Below are positions 60,618 to 64,000 of a stretch of DNA of 64,000 nucleotides, one piece after another. Source of the stretch: Macrostomum lignano. Its lineage: Eukaryota. Position 1 is the first letter of the stretch. Each line of letters begins with the position of its first letter. The notes beneath the pieces were generated by a model. The model ran no database searches, was not told the DNA's origin, and saw only the letters and a list, made by a program, of their open reading frames with translations. The stretch spans positions 62,001 through 126,000 of the forward strand of contig NIVC01000219.1 in NCBI GenBank assembly GCA_002269645.1. Reading direction: 5' to 3'. The translations under genes were made by a program, and so were the position numbers.

Positions 60618-63600
60618 TCAGGCGGTGAAGGATTTCAGCATGTTGTAAAACTCGTCCACAGTCGGCAGGTCAACGTCTTCGAGTTTCAGCTCGGGCAGCT
60701 CCGGACCAGACAGTCTGCGCTGAACCAACTCTTTGTAGCCTGCTGCGAGGTCTGTGCGAGCTGTGGGAGGCGGGGGGTCACTGCTGAGAGGTCTGTGCGA
60801 GCTGTGGGAGGCGGGGGGTCACTGCTGAGAGGTTTGTGCGAGCTGTGGGAGGCGGGGGGTCACTGCTGAGAGGTCTGTGCGAGCTGTGGGAGGCGGGGGT
60901 CACTGCTGAGAGGTCTGTGCGAGCTGTGGGAGGCGGGGGTCACTGCTGAGAGGTCTGTGCGAGCTGTGGGAGGCAGGGGGGTCACTGCTGAGAGGTCTGT
61001 GCGAGCTGTGGGAGGCAGGGGGGTCACTGCTGAGAGGTCTGTGCGAGCTGTGATAGGCAGGGGGTCACTGCTGAGAGGTCTGTGCGAGCTGTGGGAGGCG
61101 GGCAGGGGAATCACTGCTGAGAGGTCTGTGCGAGCTGTGATAGGCAGGGGGGTCACTGCTGAGAGGTCTGTGCGAGCTGTGGGAGGCGGGCAGGGGGGTC
61201 ACTGCTGAGAGGTCTGTGCGAGCTGTGGGAGGCAGGCAGCTAGGGTCAGCTAGGGTCAGCTAGGGTCAAAGGCATTATACTCAGTCCAAGTCAATACAAA
61301 CTGCATGCATTCATCAAAGGTTTGAGGGCGGGCAGGGGGTCAGCTAAGGTCAAAGGCATTATACTCAGTCCAGGTCAATACAAACTGCATGCATTCATCA
61401 AAGGTTTGAGGGCGGGCAGGGGGTCAGCTAAGGTCAAAGGCATTATACTCAGTCCAGGTCAATACAAACTGCATGCATTTATCAATGGTTTGAGGGCGGG
61501 CAGGGGGTCAGCTAGGGTCAGCTAGGGTCAAAGGCATTATACTCAGTCCAGGTCAATACAAACTGCATGCATTTATCAAAGGTTTGAGGGCGGGCAGGGG
61601 GTCAGCTAGGGTCAAAGGCATTATACTCAGTCCAGGTCAATACAAACTGCATGCATTCATCAAAGGTTTGAGGGCGGGCAGGGGGTCAGCTAGGGTCAAA
61701 GGCATTATACTCAGTCCAGGTCAATACAAACTGCATGCATTCATCAAAGGTTTGAGGGCGGGCAGGGGGTCAGCTAGGGTCAAAGGCATTATACTCAGTC
61801 CAGGTCAATACAAACTGCATGCATTCATCAAAGGTTTGAGGGCGGGCAGGGGGTCAGCTAGGGTCAGCTAGGGTCAAAGGCATTATACTCAGTCCAGGTC
61901 AATACAAACTGCATGCATTCATCAATGGTTTGAGGGCGGGCAGGGGGTCAGCTAGGGTCAGCTAGGGTCAAAGGCATTATACTCAGTCCAGGTCAATACA
62001 AACTGCATGCATTCATCAATGGTTTGAGTCCAACCAGAACTCACAAGCGATGATCTTAGCGCAGCTGTGAGACACGTGACAGTCCGTGTCCCAGCTGAAG
62101 GTCAGCTGTGTGCCCTGAAGAATCGGAACATCCCTTGGCGTGGTCAGCCCTAGGGCTTGCAGGCATCCCAGGGGATCAGGAGAGAACCTGGCAGCCAGCT
62201 GCGGGCAGTTGGAGTACGGTCTGAACTCCGGAGCGGCAACCCGACTGACAGGCCGCCGAGGGTCTGCACCGCAGCTAATCAGTTTGCTCAGACGGGAATG
62301 CGAATGCTCATCGTAGGATTGAATGCTCAGCAGCTGCAGCAGAGTCAGCCCGCTGAACCGCCAGAGTCTGCTGCTGACACCCCAGCTGAGTTCGGAGTCG
62401 ATGTCTTTGTTGCAAGCCTTCAGCACTGGATTGCCTGTTGCGGTTGGTTTTGGTGCATTTGGAGCATTTAGCGAGAATATGCGCTACTTTCTACTTGTGA
62501 GTAGGCGAGTCAGCATCTTAAATCTTAACTGGCTAAATTTGAATTCATTTTTATCAGCCATAAGAGCAGAGCAAACAGATGGAAGGAGAGACCGAAGGTC
62601 TGCGTTATGAATTCAAAGCTTGGATTGCGTGTGGCACACTTACTCAAGCTGCTCTGCAAACATGTGGGTGGCGGATGTGGAGCAGCTAAGATTGAGATAC
62701 GAACAGAGCGGCAATAAAATCAGAGACATTTATGGAACCGGATGTCCTTATATTATTTACTGAGTTGACTGAATTTACTCCTGTGCAAACTTAAACTCGC
62801 ATTGGTTATAAAATCTGCAACGTCCTTCTTTAGTGTTGAGTTGCTTCTGCCGCAGCAAAGGCTAGGAGAGGAGAGCAAAGCAGATTCGAAATAGAAGGAT
62901 ATTTGACTATTTTTCAGCCAATGGCAGCACAGACGGTGGGGCCCTGTCTGACAAAGCCCCGCAGTGCAGAAGGATAGGAGAGCTGATAAGGCCGCACAAA
63001 TGTGCGTCTCTTATGTATAGCGACTGGAAGAGAGGCAGCGGGAGAGAGAGGCTGGTAGCACTTGGGTTCTGTTAGTCACCGCATTCGTTAGCTGGCTGGG
63101 GGCCCTCAGAACAGAACAGAAGACTCTCAGAACCCGACATAAACAAAAATACAAAACCGGAGGGTAATTTTGCTATTTTTGGCATCTGCACGACCTGCAC
63201 TTTGCTTGTGCTGGTTGTTGAATTCGGGACTAGGATATTAAAAAGCATCATTTTAGCATTTATTTCGGTTGCCACGTGGTGTAGGGCGATAAATTGTGGA
63301 GATTAAAGATGCACGCACGCGGAAAATTCCAGAAAAAAATGAAAATGCAGAAAAGAAAGATTTGCAATTTCATTTTTGCAACGTCATTTTACAATGAGAT
63401 TGCATTAAGCCGTGAGGCCAAGGACCCCTGAGACAGCCACTTCAGCTGTGAGGCCAAGGACCCCTGAGACAGCCACTACACCTGTGAGGCCAGGGACCCC
63501 TGAGATAGCCACTTCAGCTGTGAGGCCAAGGACCCCTGAGACAGCCACTTCAGCTGTGAGACCAAGGACCCCTGAGCCAGCCACTTCAGCTGTGAGACCA

Positions 63601-64000
63601 AGGACCCCTGAGACAGCCACTTCACCTGTGAGGCCAGAGACCCCTGAGACAGCCACTTCAGCTGTGAGGCCAAGGACCCCTGAGGCAGCCACTCACCGTT
63701 CACGTCCAAGTCCTGGCACAGGGTGGTCAGGACGGTCAGGAAAATTTCCTCATCCGCCGCGGGCAGCAGGGCGGCCTCGGCCAGCGCGGGCAGCAGCAGC
63801 CGATCGGAGCTGCTGGTGAACAGGCAGCAGTAGGCCACGGCTTTGGCGTTCTGCTGCTGCACCGCTTCTAGAAGAACCGTCCGACCGAAGCTGTCGGGGG
63901 TGTTGATGCCCGCGAAGAGGTCGCCGAAGGACGGGTTGCTGAGCTGGCGCTGGTTGAAGGCCACCACCTTGGGCCAGTTGCCCTCGCGAGCCAGCTTGTG
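60618..64000 (-). CDS. Inverted paralog (copy 2) of the AT-hook/ankyrin-like gene; last three exons, 5' part outside the window
   Basis: Exons >64000-63697, 62434-62045, 60739-60618 mirror 2449-2759, 4388-4777, 7209-7315 with the same splice sites and few substitutions; ends DEFYNMLKSFTA*. Confidence 0.75.
60740..61240. repeat. Copy-2 version of the ~40-bp acceptor-anchored minisatellite (~12 copies)
   Basis: Reverse complement of the 6301-7208 unit. Confidence 0.93.
61241..62030. repeat. Copy-2 version of the 84/94-bp minisatellite (~9 copies)
   Basis: Reverse complement of the 4794-6300 unit. Confidence 0.93.
63410..63696. repeat. Copy-2 version of the 36-bp donor-anchored minisatellite (~8 copies)
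   Basis: Reverse complement of the 2760-3226 unit. Confidence 0.93.

Overview
Eukaryotic, intron-rich, repeat-saturated animal DNA. The GC-rich Q/A-rich exons, AT-rich intergenic DNA and minisatellite-filled introns resemble a free-living flatworm such as Macrostomum (inference, not verified). I found no rRNA, tRNA or CRISPR. Three complete spliced genes could be rebuilt by hand with consistent GT-AG phases: a 7-exon AT-hook + ankyrin-like gene (31-7315, +), OGFOD3 (25793-27051, +) and a 16-exon cGMP-dependent protein kinase (43256-51813, +). A second, inverted and convergent copy of the ankyrin-like gene enters from the right edge (60618->64000, -). A 92-aa orphan ORF lies at 52790-53068 (-). 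Between them are a four-element nest of DNA transposons (9775-22820) that contains an intact Sola2-like DDD transposase with a C-terminal PHD finger, a 3.4-kb foldback element with ~1.45-kb inverted arms built from ~151-bp repeats (29685-33085), a defective hAT element, several MITEs, a decayed LINE and over 20 tandem arrays. Many of these arrays begin or end exactly at splice sites or stop codons.
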